Assembly: GCA_905178155.1 (NCBI GenBank)
Contig: CAJINV010000008.1
Coordinates: 930,001 to 994,000, forward strand
Direction of reading: 5' to 3'
DNA length: 64,000 bases
Origin: Amoebophrya sp. A120
Lineage: Eukaryota > Protista > Dinoflagellata
The translations under genes were made by a program, and so were the position numbers. Below the pieces are notes generated by a model, which saw only the letters and a list, made by a program, of their open reading frames with translations, ran no database searches and had not been told where the DNA came from. Shown in pieces: positions 25,501 through 38,900 of the stretch (position 1 is the first letter of the stretch; each line of letters begins with the position of its first letter).

Positions 25501-27445
25501 AGTGGAAGCGCAACTACCTACTGCTGACCACCCAGGAGCTGCAGTACTACCAGCCGAACGTGTTTCACACACTGCACCGGAAAACCATGCTGGAGTTTCT
25601 GGACCGGGCGCCGCTCGACGAGTACCAAATGATCTTGCTCGAAACGGCCATGTCACACGGCATGAACATCCGCGACCCAACGAAGGACCTCACCATACGC
25701 CCCAACCGCCCGGACCCCGCGGCCACAGCAGCCTGGAAAATGGCAATCGGTACTACTGAACATATGATGTTGATATAATTGATTCGATAAGATAACGAGC
25801 TCTTCGAATCGAAATCGAATATCTGTATTGACTGACCTATGTATGTTGATGGATCGCCGGATGTTGCTCGTTTCAGAGCACAAATGGACCTTCGCTCCGC
25901 TTCAACTGCCCAGGTATGGTTGTGCATTTGGCGAAGACGCAGAGACAGCTGCGACAGGCTAGGATCGAGAACAAGCGACAAGACACGAATTTTTGCGAGC
26001 AGATCTTTCTGGAGTGCGCCGACAAGGCAATCGACTTTCTTCACCGGCTGCCGACCAACGAGCCGCGCGCGATCGCGCACTTCAAGCCGAGGGCGCACAA
26101 GATGGTCTTCGCGCGGTTCAAAAAGTTCGTGGAATGGCGCAAGACGGAGGAGCGGGCGCGGGTAGAGGGCCAGCGGATGGCGGATTTCTCGCGCTTCAAG
26201 GACGAGCTCTTCACCGAAGCTGCCCACCAGCCGAACTACGTGATGCAGGGTCGGGTGATGATTTTCGGCAGCAACGAGTTCGGGCAGCTGGGGGTGCGCC
26301 TGCAGAAGACCGACATCCGGGAGCCGGGCTACATGTACCCCCTGTACGCGGTGGACGGGTTCCGGATCCGCCAGCTGTGCGCGGGACCGCGGTCCAGCTT
26401 CTTCGTGACCAACCGCTTCATGTTTTCCTGCGGCAGCAACCGCGTGGGGGAGCTGGGGCTGAACCCGGCCCTGACCGAGGTGGTGGTGCCCCGCTGCCTC
26501 AAGACGATGCGGACGAACATCATCGCGCAAATGTCTTGCAACGGGGATGCCGGCGACGTGCAGACCCTGTTTTTGACCAACCAGGGCAAGGTGTACGCGG
26601 CCGGGCAGTCCTCGACGGGAGCCCTGTCCAACCTGCCGGAGCAGCAGCGCAGGAAGATGGAGGAGGACAAGGCGACCACGCTCCAGGGCCCCGTGCAGTT
26701 GGACATGCCCTTCCTGGTGCGGTTCGTTGCCTGCGGGTCGCGACATTCGCTTTTTCTGGCCTGGGACGGGTCGGTCCACGCCTGCGGGGACAACCGCAAG
26801 GGGCAGCTAGGGCAGCCGATGAAGGTGAAGAAGAGCGCGAAGCCGCTGCTGGTGAAGAACCTGGAGTCGGAGTGCTACCTGCTCGCCACGGGGTCCGACC
26901 ACACCATGGTCGCGTTGGAGCGGCACGGGCTCTTTTCCTGGGGCGCCAACGCGTACGGCCAGTGCGGCACCGACGGCGCCAAGGACCTGTTCGCGCCGAC
27001 CAGGGTGATCTTCCACGAGCACGAAATCGGCCGCCCGCACGGCGGCGGCAGCTACTTCCTCAGCCTCGCCTGCGGGGAGCACCACTCCCTGATCTCCAGC
27101 GTGACCATGTACCGAACCTGGGCGTGCGGAAGCAACTTCAACCAGCAGTGCGGCATCATGGACTCGGAGACCGGCAAGCGGCAGGACATGTACCGGACCG
27201 CGACGCTGATCCCCACACTGGCCAAGAAGTACCCCATCGTGTCCCTCATGGCGGCCGGGCAGCACTCCGTGGCGCTGGACCGCGACGGGGCGGTGTACGT
27301 GTTCGGCGATAACTCCTTTGGCCAGCTCGGGTTCGATGCCCGCTCGCGACCCAAGATTGCCAAGCCGGAAATGCTCAACCAGCTCGCCAAGTTTGCGGTC
27401 CGCAGCATCTCCACCGGCGCCACACACACCATGCTGTTGCTGTAA
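22550..27445 (+). CDS. Multi-pass membrane protein (DMT/EamA-like TM bundle, tentative) fused to RCC1/BLIP-II repeats; join(22550..23413,23624..24229,24719..24930,25154..25749,25914..27445)
   Basis: GT-AG introns at 23414-23623, 24931-25153 and 25750-25913 plus one introner all join in frame. Repeats GSNEFGQLG, CGDNRKGQLG, WGANAYGQCG and FGDNSFGQLG. The 3' end may extend further. Confidence 0.75.
24231..24714. mobile_element. Introner family B (long variant), TSD GAAGC
   Basis: TATCAAATGCAAAAATGTCTGGGTCTGGAA ... TTCCAGACCCAGACATTTTTACATTTGATA. GAAGC at 24226-24230 and 24715-24719. Join PKQK|PHKYIF is in frame. Confidence 0.95.
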
Positions 27446-29565
27446 ACGACCAGCGGCAAAAGATTTACCTTACTAGCGTCGCCGGGGCCGGTGTGGGCGA
27501 GGTGGAAGCGGCTAGGCTGGAGCTGTGCGACGTGGTCACCCAGCGGAGCAGAAGCTCTGTGCCGTGTGGGTCGGCCTGGGTTGAGAAAAATATCCCAATC
27601 GTTCGTCCGTATCACCGTCTGCGAACGACGACGAATCAGCGCAAGGCCATATCTTAATGCCTCCTTGAGTAGGGAAAGAAATTACCAATAGTTGCCATGA
27701 TTACGCGATCGGGAGACACACCGTTGCACTATTTATTAAAGAGCATCAGCATTCTAGACGAGCACGAGCCACTCTGTTGCTGTACCTGCGAAAATGAGGA
27801 CTCCGACCAGGTGCTGCTTCCTAATTTACGTTTTGTACTTCTACAGGAGCTCTATGTTATGTATGGAGACACTGACGGTCGGCAGTGATGCTAACGCATG
27901 AACGGCACATCTCCTGCCAATCGCACTAGCATTATCTGATGCAGCTGCGGTACTCTCGCCTGGGTTTGTGCAACAGGAATGTGAGATCGATTCGCTAAAA
28001 AATAATCATGTTGAAATATGTGTCCCTTTCATACGGAGCTGGTTCGTTCTCGTTCCCTCTCGAGTCATCTTCGAAGAATCCATCGTAACGTTACAATTAT
28101 CACAACGCCGTGAATCGGGCGCTTCTCGCAGCTCCATTGTCTGCTGCGTCCTAGGTGCAGGCGAAAGTAGGAGTTTGAAGAAGAGGTTTTTTCGATGCGC
28201 ATCGTCTTGTCGATTAAAGCGCCCGTGAAACAAGTTAGTGTTAACTGTCAGGTTCCCGAGTACTATAACAAACTACACGGAATTTGATTTAGACGGCGTT
28301 TTCACTGACAGCGCTGGTAGTTCTTGCGTGTGAACTTTTTTTCTGCGAGAAGGAAAACAAGCGCTCGGTTCTTTTGCCAGTACCGAACAGAAGCAAAAGA
28401 AGGGCAAATATAAAGAATCTCGTTTCCGGAAGGGCGAATATTGAACCGAAAAACAGGATGAATTGGAGCAGCCCGTGCACGAGTTACGTTGTGGCTTGTG
28501 TCTGTCCTCAAGCGACCTGCGTTGTTAGGCTCTGTTGTTTGTAGCTCGAACTCGTCGCGTTCATTTTTTCATGGGAAAAGATCTGCCTGGTGGAACTGTT
28601 TCTTTTTGTGCTTCTTCTTGTTCACGGAGCTGGAGGTGCTCTTTTTCCGGATCCCTAGTGATCACATCACTCAAAGACCACCTCGCCCAAACATCATGAA
28701 GATGTCGAGTGTTACGACAACCATTTCTGCATCGCAGTTCTGACTTCGCTTATTTACGTGTGAATATCGGTGATTGCCAGGCGAATGCTATGGTATTCGT
28801 TTTTCAAAAAATTTAAATTTGAAGTAGGATACGGGGAGTGAAAACGGCCCTACCTTTAATAGCGAACTCTGCTTTATGTTTATCGCGATGTCCTTGTTGT
28901 GTCTCGCTTCTTCTGAGCTGCCGTGTCGTTTTTTGTGCAGATCGATCATTGATAATTCGGTCGAGTTTGTAGCTGCTGTTGTGGCTAATGAAGATAGTGT
29001 ATTTTTTCGGTTCGGTCGTTTTATCCTCTTCCTCGTGGATCTTTCTACCACCTTTGGAGGTAGCATCTGTTGTATCTATTGAGTCCTCTTGTCGGTTCGT
29101 ACACCTTCTTGCCGTTCCTTTTCTTCGTGCACCCAGTGGTACAAAAGTATGTATGAATCCGCGTGTACTAGCAGTAGCAGAAAAAGTTAACGTCGTTGTT
29201 GTCGTCTACACATAGAAATTTGGGCACTGAAATCATGGCAATGATTATGATAGTGAGGCGCATTTAGATTTACAGGAACCCGTTTGTCCCCTCTGACAGG
29301 CACGACCAAAATAAACCCATTTTGATTTATCCTCTTGTTATGAATTACAATTACATCAAAACTATTTCAACACAACACACAGTTACACTCCTGTTCTCTT
29401 GATTTTCAGAACGCAATACGCTGCCGTCCTGGACTATAATCACCTCTTTTTGCATGCATGTGCGTTGTGAATCATTTCAAATCTATATCTAGCAGAAAAA
29501 ACCTCACCTAAGCCAGCTTCAGGCCCTCAGTACGTAGCGCAGAAATACTTGAATAAGACGAAGAG

Positions 29566-31638
29566 ATGCGGGCATTTTCGTTGTCCGGTGGCCTTTCCTT
29601 TTTTTCAATGCGCCTCGCCGACGGCACGCAAGTCCGCCACAACTCTCCTGTGTACGACGGAACCGTCAAGAAGAAGAGCGCGGCACCGCTACAAGGTCCC
29701 GGCGATCGCGTCTTTTCATCTGCGACTAAAAGGAAGAAAGCAAGTTCCCGGGATAGTACGCTATCGACCAATGCTGTGTCAACTGGCTCAAGCGCACCCT
29801 CCGCTACGTCGGATGATCGGGACTTCAATGGGCTTGACCAAAAAGTGGACAGTCATGATTGGGAAAAAAACCTGCCACGAACAACCTCCACCAGCAACGT
29901 TGCAGATGCAGGCGTATCGTCTTTCGCGGAAAGTACAAACGCACAGCACGCTATTGCTGAGGAGCAAAGCGAAAGCGAAGGTGGTACCGGGGTAGAGGAA
30001 GAAGAAAAACAAGAAAGCGCGGAAGGTACAGCAGGACCATCTTCGTCTTTAACGGAACGGAAAGAACGTCGTAGCAGATCTTCCAAGAGACTACGGCTCC
30101 ACGTTGTGAAAGACACTGAAGGTGCAAGTGTCGAAGCAGAACCAACGTCTTCCTCTTCCGGCTCCGTCGCACAAAAAAATGCTCCGAAGGCGCCTTTCGT
30201 GGTAAAGGATTTTTGCAGTATCGACGCAGATGAAAAGAAGAACAACCAACTACACTTTTCAGCAGATGAAAAGAACTCATCTGAACGTCAAGAAGGCCAT
30301 GACACCAAGAACTTCGTTTCCTCCGGAGTTGAGAAACCCGTGGACTGGCCGTCCAACTTCACCGCCAATGCCGTAAAGTTCCCCGTGCAGTGCGAGCAGC
30401 CGGACTGGTTGTTGCGAAGTGATCAATTGGTGCTGCCTGTGAACAGCGAGAACGCAAGCGGAACAAAAACGAAAGCCGGCATTTCAGCTACCATGGTGAT
30501 GACGATGTATCTAAGTCCGAACGCGCCAGGAGATTGGAAAAACCCAGCATCGGATAATGCCCCGGCGGATTGGCTCCATGCGCTGTTTGCCGCGAACGTC
30601 CAGATTCTTCGTCACTTCGGCCACGGTCTGATTTTACGGACGGAGTTTACGCCAGATGAATACGATGGGAAAACGAACCTGAAGAAGTGGCAAGTCGATA
30701 GCGAAGAGTGCCGGGGAAAATCTGCAGAGGAGTGCATAAAGTGGTTTGACCGGATTAATTTGATTTTTGAAAAACAATTGATGCTCGCGGATTACCTGAA
30801 CTTGGAAAGAAATGGAACTAGCAGTGGCAGCACAAGTAGAAGCACAACCACAGTTACAGGAGAGCAGGACCATCAAGCGCGGTACCGGTTTACGCACGTT
30901 TTTTCGCTCGATGCCGACGCTGCTCTCGTGAGTACGGCATTCGACTCCGTAGGTCTGGCGGCGTGGAATCTGGCGCAGGCGAAGAAAGACGTGTTTGCGG
31001 CCAACGAGGACTGGCAGGTGCAAGAGAACAAAGCGAACTGGCAGCAGAACCAGTTCTGCGATGATCTGAACGGCGGTTTCCTACTCGTCGCGAACAACGC
31101 CTTCAGTCGCACTTTCTTCAAGGACATGTTTGCGGCGCACAAACGCGGCCCGAAGGCCGAGGCCTGGGAAACTGCGGAATTGAGCAGTGCAGCTGTTGCG
31201 TGCACTCTCAGTGAACAGCCGTGTTTGCGAAGCATTCTCCCCCGGCTCCGGCAGCATTTTCTCGTCACGAGCGGGCAGTTGTGGAACCGAGCACGGTTTG
31301 ACACTGATAAAGCCGCGCCGGCGGTAAACAGCACCGTGGGTCGCGAACACGACCAAGGGTATGAGACAAGGACGACCCACGTGCTGCACTACATGGACGC
31401 GGATGGGAGGATGGCCATTGCTGCTCAGGACTTCTGTCAGCCGGGGTTCTTAGTCAACCCGATCGAGATGGAGACGCGTGCTGCGTTGGGCGTGTGCGGA
31501 AGTCCGGCCAATGAAGTATCCTGTGCAAAAACACTACAACTACCCCACGATGCCGATGATGTCCGTGAGGAAGAAGGAAGCACCAGTGCGCCGGAAGCGC
31601 CATCGCAGGAGAATCTCTATGCGATGACGTTAGTTTAA
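29566..31638 (+). CDS. GT-A fold glycosyltransferase (GT34/GT77-like)
   Basis: FEKQLML, HVFSLDADA (DxD), LNGGFLLVANN, SEQPCL and HVLHY, after a long low-complexity N-terminal stem. Confidence 0.65.
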   Translation: MRAFSLSGGLSFFSMRLADGTQVRHNSPVYDGTVKKKSAAPLQGPGDRVFSSATKRKKASSRDSTLSTNAVSTGSSAPSATSDDRDFNGLDQKVDSHDWEKNLPRTTSTSNVADAGVSSFAESTNAQHAIAEEQSESEGGTGVEEEEKQESAEGTAGPSSSLTERKERRSRSSKRLRLHVVKDTEGASVEAEPTSSSSGSVAQKNAPKAPFVVKDFCSIDADEKKNNQLHFSADEKNSSERQEGHDTKNFVSSGVEKPVDWPSNFTANAVKFPVQCEQPDWLLRSDQLVLPVNSENASGTKTKAGISATMVMTMYLSPNAPGDWKNPASDNAPADWLHALFAANVQILRHFGHGLILRTEFTPDEYDGKTNLKKWQVDSEECRGKSAEECIKWFDRINLIFEKQLMLADYLNLERNGTSSGSTSRSTTTVTGEQDHQARYRFTHVFSLDADAALVSTAFDSVGLAAWNLAQAKKDVFAANEDWQVQENKANWQQNQFCDDLNGGFLLVANNAFSRTFFKDMFAAHKRGPKAEAWETAELSSAAVACTLSEQPCLRSILPRLRQHFLVTSGQLWNRARFDTDKAAPAVNSTVGREHDQGYETRTTHVLHYMDADGRMAIAAQDFCQPGFLVNPIEMETRAALGVCGSPANEVSCAKTLQLPHDADDVREEEGSTSAPEAPSQENLYAMTLV

Positions 31639-32197
31639 ACAAGTCCTGGGGAACAAGTCTAGCGGTCCCGGTTGTAGTGTATGTCTACAGTGGTCGAGCT
31701 GATGCTAGGCTAAAAAGAGTTTTCTCACTGACACGAGATTCACCAGTTTTTTACGAATGTTGCGCGCTTTCCATCCCCTTTCAGCGTGCTCTTCTTTGAA
31801 TTTTGAACCCGAGCAAGCCCCTAAAAAAACCTCATGCACGCCCTCCCAGTGCAGGATAGAAATAGATGACGATAATGTTCTCTAATAAAGTGATCCAGGA
31901 AAGACAAAAATCAAAAAACTTCGGGAAGTTGTAGTGCGCTTGCGGAAGTCACCGGAATTTGCGATGTAAGCAACTACGTCGCGACTCCCAAATTCCATGT
32001 TCTTGCCTGATGTGACCCACATGTGGATCATTTAAGTATTTGATTCTTCAACTGAACTGATACTGAGTCCGTTCGCCGATCTGTAGCTGTGTTGGTTCGC
32101 TATTTCGTCCGTTGATGACCTTCCGTATCGTTTGCCTCGTCTTTCAATTGACAGGGAGACCGGAATGTCACATTCATGACCGCATCGTTAATACATA

Positions 32198-35119
32198 ATG
32201 ACGTCGAGTGCTATCACAACCGTTTCTGCGTCACCACTTGACGCGTATTTGCCATTTCTTATGGTTTTCGGAGGCTGTTGCCTGGCGATGGTATTTTTCG
32301 AAAAGGCTTTGAAACAGGATCCGGGAAGCGGCAACTTCCTTACCTTCACCGAGCTCTGCTTTATCGCGCTGGAAAATCTGCCCCGGCGGTTTATTTTCGG
32401 CCGGAAAAATGAGGGTGGCGGCAGCCTGATCACATTCCAGCCACTGGTCGCCGCAAGATCGGATCACCTAAAGCATGCCGTCTTGTTCGTCAGCATGAGT
32501 TGGCTAGTCAACTACGCGTTTTCCTTCAATATCGCCGTACCCATTTATGACACTGCAGAACTCGGCCGACCTTCATTCTTGCTTCTGGCGACTGGCTTCG
32601 TACGTTGTCGTTTTATATATTAGGGCTGTGGCGATTGACAGTGTCTACTTCTCTGAACAAGGGCTTGCTTCCTTCCACGTACTCGTGAAGGACAAAATTT
32701 TTTATGTCAATATCTTTCTATGAGAAGTGCTGCAAGAGTTGACAACCTTCAGCACGAATTTGAAACGCATCATGTACCCCGAGCTAAAAAATGCAATTGC
32801 CAGGAGTAGCGGGCGAGTCGAAAGCCAGGAAAGAACGCCGTCGGTCGTAATTTTTTTACAGCCATGCCAACCACACCGTCGTGCGATCATGCAATGTCGT
32901 TGCGACATTGCTAATTGGCTTTTTCTTGTATCCAGTCGAAAGCTTCGGCAGAAAGTCTTTGGGATTACAACTTATTGCACTCGGTTTGAATATGTTATGC
33001 TAAAAAACGTGTTACGTACACGTATCCGTGTTACGATCCTAATTCGTATCGTGTTTCTAGTGGTACAAGCAACTCCATTCAAAGCCTATGGTCCATAGAC
33101 CGATAATGATTAGGTATTGCGGAGCCGCCGGGGAGGTAGGATTAGTTGCAGTTTTTTGGCAATTTGTTGTTTGCTTCTGGTGGAAACCGAAGACCGAAAC
33201 GGGAAACAAGCTCTGCGTTGTGTGAGTAGATAAATCTTTCCCAGAGTAGTATGGTCCATAGTACTTACGTAGAGGTCAGCCTTTATCTTGATCTTATCCT
33301 GTCGAAGTTTTTGCAATTTTTGTCATACGTTTTTTCGATGTACCTATTCCAAGACGCAGTGCGTAGCGTCGGTGCTGGTGACGATCGGAATTCTCCTCGC
33401 TACTCTAGCAGACGCAAAGGTCGTCGCGGCTTGCCAGAATGTGCCAAGTGTGTGGCAGTGCCTGTTTCCGCAGGGAGTACCAGAGTCTGGGGCCGCGGGA
33501 AACGATTCGTTTCTTGTTTGGCTGGTCGGGATACAGGTACTGCTTCTCTGTCTTGTCACGCAGTCGTTCCTGGGTCACATACAGCGCAACATGTTACGAA
33601 AAGTGCTGCCATGCGTTGCCCATGAATGAAATGGAGGTTCTGTCTGCAATCATGATAATACCAGGCTCGCACAAGAGCGACGGAGTTCCGCATGTGCTGT
33701 GGTTCTTGCACGCCTCTCAGAAAAATAAATGCCTCTACCTATGGTCGTTTTTTGTTGACATTATATCGGTTACCTTGCATTTGATGCCCACCCTGAGGAC
33801 ATCATATCACTTTGAGGCTTACCCTACATGAATCTGTGCGGGAAAGGAGCAACATCTTATACGAAAAACAGAAAATTTCGAGCCGTTAGCTATCATCTAC
33901 TCGTACTCCTCTGTTGCAACAAGCATGGTGGATTTCTCATTTGCATACGACTACGATCCTTACCTCCAGCGGGAGCAGGAACCCAAAGTTTCAAAGAACG
34001 AGCTTGCAGAGGAGTTTCTTTACACCTCATCCATCGCGTCCCTGCTCGGTTGCGTCGTGTTCTGGGACGAGATCAAACTTCACTGGGGTATTTATTTTGT
34101 GGACATGATTCGGAAAACGAAAAACAAAAATACGATTTGATGAATCGAAAACCAAATGTGCATAATGAAAAATTCCATTTGTGACAAGTAAGCTGCAAGC
34201 ATGTAGAAGTATGTGGTTAACGCAGGTAACGCGTGGGCCTCTCCGGCAGCTTTTACACTGGACCTGCCGGCCGTCGTGCCCTCGTTGATGTCCTCTGGCG
34301 AAAATGGCGGCAACAATTACATTTCTGTGAGCATCCCGTTGCAGTGGTGCTACATTCTCGCAAACAACGTGGCACAAGCTTGCTGTCTAAAAGGTGTTTT
34401 TTACCTCTCGACCCGTTACTCCGCGCTCACGGTGTGCTAGCAAAACTTGAGTCAGGTCGAGGAGAGAATTTTCTTCTCTGATTTACCAGAAGCATGTTTG
34501 TAATTTGGGTAAGTATTCCTATGTATTTCTTTCCTGTTAAATTCGGGTACACCACCATCAACATGCAGGTGCGAACAAAATGAAAATTCTAGTTCCAACT
34601 GATTCAGGATTTTTCTAGGATTCCGTGTGAACATCACGCTTTCGATGCGGAAATTTTTTACCGTGGTCTTCTCGATTCTGTAGTATCTCTCGAAAACCGC
34701 ATGAAGCAGAAGCGCGAGCCTTGGTTGCATTCTTTCTTTCTCTCGCGCGAATCGGTATCATGAGAAAGAGGATGTCAAAGACAAATTCAACCGAGGCGTG
34801 TGTTTATGCTCAGTGCAGCTTTTCATTTGATGCGTACTTTCAGAATCCTTGGTCCCTGCAGCACAGCGTCGCGGCCCTCTTCGTTTTTGGTGGTGGATTG
34901 CTGTACTCGAGCGGAGAACTTCTTTTCAGCAGCATGAAGAGGCTTTATTCCGCGAGGACTGCAGATGAAGACGCAGCTGCAGGTGCGGATATCTCCGAAA
35001 AGAGCAGTGCGATAGGCACGCGAAAGACCCCGGCATCGTCCGCAAACGACGGCAGTAGAAATGCTTCGGGAAAAGAAAGAGAGCTGAATTCTTCATTGGA
35101 AATGAAAAAGACGAAATGA
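32198..35119 (+). CDS. UAA-family nucleotide-sugar transporter (SLC35B4/YEA4-like); join(32198..32544,32871..32927,33332..33593,33952..34087,34226..34431,34627..34682,34837..35119)
   Basis: Reconstructed motifs VFGGCC, GNFLTF, VNYAFSFNIAVPI|HTVVRSCN, CLKGVFYL, SALT|VNITLSMRKFFTVVFSIL|YFQNPW and a C-terminal KKTK ER-retrieval motif. Five TA-type introns and one GT-AG intron. Confidence 0.8.
32545..32870 (+). other. Decayed TA-type non-canonical intron
   Basis: CCATT|TATG ... CATG|CCAAC; joins VPI|HTVVRSCN, matching the SLC35B4 PLHxxFRS motif. Confidence 0.8.
32928..33331 (+). other. Decayed TA-type non-canonical intron
   Basis: TCTTG|TATC ... CATA|CGTTT; in-frame join LLIGFF.|FRCTYSK. Confidence 0.6.
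33594..33951 (+). other. Decayed TA-type non-canonical intron
   Basis: CATGT|TACG ... CATA|CGACT; join GHIQRNM|YDPY. Confidence 0.7.
34432..34626 (+). other. Decayed TA-type non-canonical intron (GT...GT)
   Basis: Residual TIR TGTGCTAGCAAAA / TTTTCTAGGATT; join SALT|VNITLSMRKF. Confidence 0.75.
34683..34836 (+). other. Decayed TA-type non-canonical intron
   Basis: TGTAG|TATC ... GATG|CGTAC; join FSIL|YFQN. Cutting after the fifth base of the duplication would create TAG. Confidence 0.8.
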
Positions 35120-35960
35120 AAAAGGATATCGTGGCGACACATGAATATGCATTCATCCTAGTTCTAGTTCATGTTTTAATTGCATTACAGGTGTAATGTT
35201 GCTGCTGCAAGTGCAACAGGAACAGGCAGATGCCAGATGAGACCGACGTGCAGGTTTTCGGCAGCGCTTATTGGTAGTTGAAGGATCAGCGTTTAACACG
35301 GGAATACGAATACAATGAATCACAACAGCAATACCCCCAATGCACATAGTTTTCGGCAATAGAATAGGAGGACAAGGGGACGACCAAGTAGTTTAAAACC
35401 TCTTGCGTTTGGGCGATTGAAATTCTGCGAGATCGTCCATCGTCTTCGTCATGGTTATCAATTGCGAAAAAGTAGAAGATACGTTGTCGGTTGAAAGAAG
35501 ATGTTCGTATTCCTCGTCTGTCGGCTTTTATTTATGTACTTCGGTACTACGTCGTCCGTCTGCGTTCACTAATCTGGCGATCGTCCATTGTCTGTATTCG
35601 ATCGGCGCACATTTTCTTGTTATTTTCGTCCGCGTTGCGAGCCTCGTCCGACCACCCAGTACGAACGTTCACAACCCGCATCGTGCTTATTGAACTTGTC
35701 TTCGCTGTTCTTATTTTGGTTATTCTTGTCATTTCCCCTTGACACCGGAAAATCAGGACCTCCCCTCATAGTTCAACGTTGAAGTAGTCCATTGATTTGG
35801 TCTCTCCAGCTTTCATCCTGCTCAAATGTGCAATTAGTTACTTGAGAAGTGTAAAGAGGACGAAGATGAAATGCACGTAAGCTGTAAGGAAAATGACTTC
35901 TCAAGATCAAGAAGAAGCAAAAAAAGCGCAATAAACCTAAAGGCAAAAAAGATCATCGAC

Positions 35961-38900
35961 ATGGCGCTCGATGCTAAAATGGCCTCGAAAGTTTTTGTTT
36001 GCCTCTTTGTGACCACAGCCGCCATCCGCGAGTCGTCGTCGTTCGTTCTTCAGAAAAATAAAAAAGTCGGCCGCCCTTCTGCTCAGTCCACCCTGGAGAA
36101 GCCTGCTGTTGTTTCCAAAAGATCGAATCCCAGCAGCGCCAGGAGGTCAATCGAGGAAGTTGTTTCCATTGGGAGATCGTCGAGTAGTGTTCTTCCAGCT
36201 CCTGACGAGAACACCGTCAGACAGGCGTTCTTGGAGAGCAATAACACTGCTGATCTTACCCTTGATGGACACGGAACAAGAAGTGCTTCGAGGCAAGGCG
36301 CGGCGGGGAGAGCTCTTTCGAGCGCAGCGGCTGATGATCTCGAAGCAGAACCTCCACATCCGCTCACCGCGAGTTCCCTGCCCCGCCGGGGTTCGCAGGA
36401 GGTCTCCTCCTTTCAGGAGCAGGTGGATTCTATGCAGCCACCTGGCGGCTCAGACCTTGACTCCTTTTTGACCCGCAAACCGCATTTTTGCAAGAGCTGT
36501 TGCGTTGGCCCGTCGCCCAGCGTTGGCAGTGACCCCCTTACCTACGATGGTGAATGTCTTGATGTTGCGAAGTGTAGTGCAGCGAGTTCGAAATTTTTGT
36601 CCTCGGGCGTCCAGCGGAAATACGCACTGATTTCGACGATAGTTGGGAACAACGAGGAGCCCTTTCAGCAGGACGACCTTCTTGCGGGAACGTATTTTCC
36701 AAATTTTGCCGCTCTCGAGCTAGCCCGCCAAAACATATTGAAACACGACCGTGAAGAGTCGATCTCGGCATTGGACATTGTGGTACTCGTGCATCCTGGA
36801 AGAATCGCAGAAAAGCAAGAGCAGGAGCGTTCCGGATCGACTTCAGCTGGGAACTCGCATTCCCTAGTCCAGACTTTCCAAGAAAAATAGGATAATGAAA
36901 CTAACATGCTACCTTGTTGTACTCATCCGATGACGATTAGTGGTCGTAGAAGGTGCTTAGCTTTATTTGCATGGATTCTGCTCTTCCTTGGTCTTGCTGC
37001 TTCATGTTTGCAAATAGGCGGCACCACCCTGGATGTGGGTTGTCATCTGCACAAGATGAGCTGTCCCTTAGCTCTACGAATTTGATATATGGCATATTCA
37101 TTCAAGTTAGTATGCAGCTTGTACTTCTACATCTACATTGTATTTGAGGGCGACATGAACTAAATGAAATCAACGTCAGTGCTATCTACTATATGCATCA
37201 AGCTACGCCTACGGTGGGCACTTCGAAATGAGGCTGCGAGTACAAGAAAACGGATGGGCATAGGCACATGGTAGTTTTGAAACATGATAAGTAGCTTGGC
37301 GTGCTGTCTTCGCATGTGGTCGTTAAACGCGTTCCCTGGGTGATCCCGCCAGAAGCAAAGTATGATCCAGGCGAAGCTTGGGCAGGCCCAAAGGATTTCA
37401 TCCGGCTGCACGCATTCAACGAAACTACCTACGACGCGGTTGCTTATTATGACAATGACGTGGAGTTGCAGGACAGCGGGGAGAATTTGCTGGCCTTGTT
37501 CCGTTGCGTGGACGCGCAGCAAGATTTGCTGCTCACCACTACCGGTGGTCTCAATGAACCTGTTAGCGTTGGATTTTTCGCGGTAAAGCCTAGAGCCAAA
37601 ATCCTTGACTTGGCGATGGCTTACTCCAAAGTCGCGAATTACGACGAAAAAACGGGATGGGGCCGCTCCGGATGGACACTAGGCATTGCAAATATGTCAG
37701 CTGGGAGCTCATGCAAGTATTTGCAAGATTTGATTTGGAATTTGTTTGGTATTCTGTGGTCTTGTTGTAAAAGTAAATCTAAATGCAAAGGCATTTGTCT
37801 TATTTGTGTAGCGATGAATTTTGCATGATTCTGACAAGCTAACGAATGATCTACCATGGTGCATGGCCACGCAAGAAACGCGATATGATTTTCCGAGTAA
37901 GTAGCGGAACGGAACAAGAGCTTAATATCGATTCGGTTTTAGTATGGTATGCTCTACAGGTCCAGACAATCGTGTTGTACAGTTTCCGTAGCAATGACAG
38001 AAAGAAGCAACTCAATGCTTTTGCAGAGTTCCTGAAAATGACACATTTGCATGCGATAAAGACCGGCAAAGGGTTACTTTGTGGGTGGTGAGGCTGGCCA
38101 GGGGTTCTTTTTGAGCTTGTTCTATCACCCCAGTGCACGGCTTGTACAGCAGACCTACAAAGAAATCGGGCTTCCGCAGAGCGCAATCAAAGCAGTCTCG
38201 GTCGATCGCTGCCAGTGGAACTACCAGACGAACGGATTCGGCTGCGAGGTGATGAAAGATCACTGCCTCGAAATCGTCGCGCATCATAAGCCGGGGAACG
38301 GAAATTTGCAAAAAAAGGGAGCAGAATTTTACGCAGACGACAATTCGGTGGACATTAGTAGAGGGAGCACCGAGCCGGGCGAAGTGAAAGATCAGTGCCT
38401 GAAGCGCGGCTACTCGCGGCTACTTGCCGCTACACGGGGTCCTGCGCAAGATCAAGTCAGTCGGGTAAATCATTCATTCATTCAAGTTCCAGAGGACGCG
38501 AAGGCCGCTTTCTTCGTGAATGTGTTTTATTACATCGAAGATCCCAAAGACAGGAACCAATTGGCACATTTCCTGCCCGCATTTCCACTGCTTGCCGCAA
38601 CCTGGGAGGCTCACTTTCGCGGCACAGTTGGAAATGTGTACAGTATCGAACCTCGACTGACACTGGTAACGGATGCCAACGTGCGCACGTTCATTCCCGA
38701 CATGCCGGACGAGTTTGATCGGCTGCCTGATGCGCAAAGCAAGTCTGATCTCATTCGTTATGCTCTTCTGTACGGCCATGGTGGAATCTTATCACATGCA
38801 AGAATGCAGTTAGACCCGCGTGTAATTCATCTATCAGGTCACTCGAGTAGGTAGAGTTCGTATGATGAATTTTTGCATAAAAACCTTAGGGACTAGAAGT

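Noticed and set aside
25565-27427. Long minus-strand and alternate-frame ORFs (for example 404 aa and 439 aa; also 12065..13111)
   Set aside because: They are shadow ORFs of GC3-rich plus-strand coding sequence.
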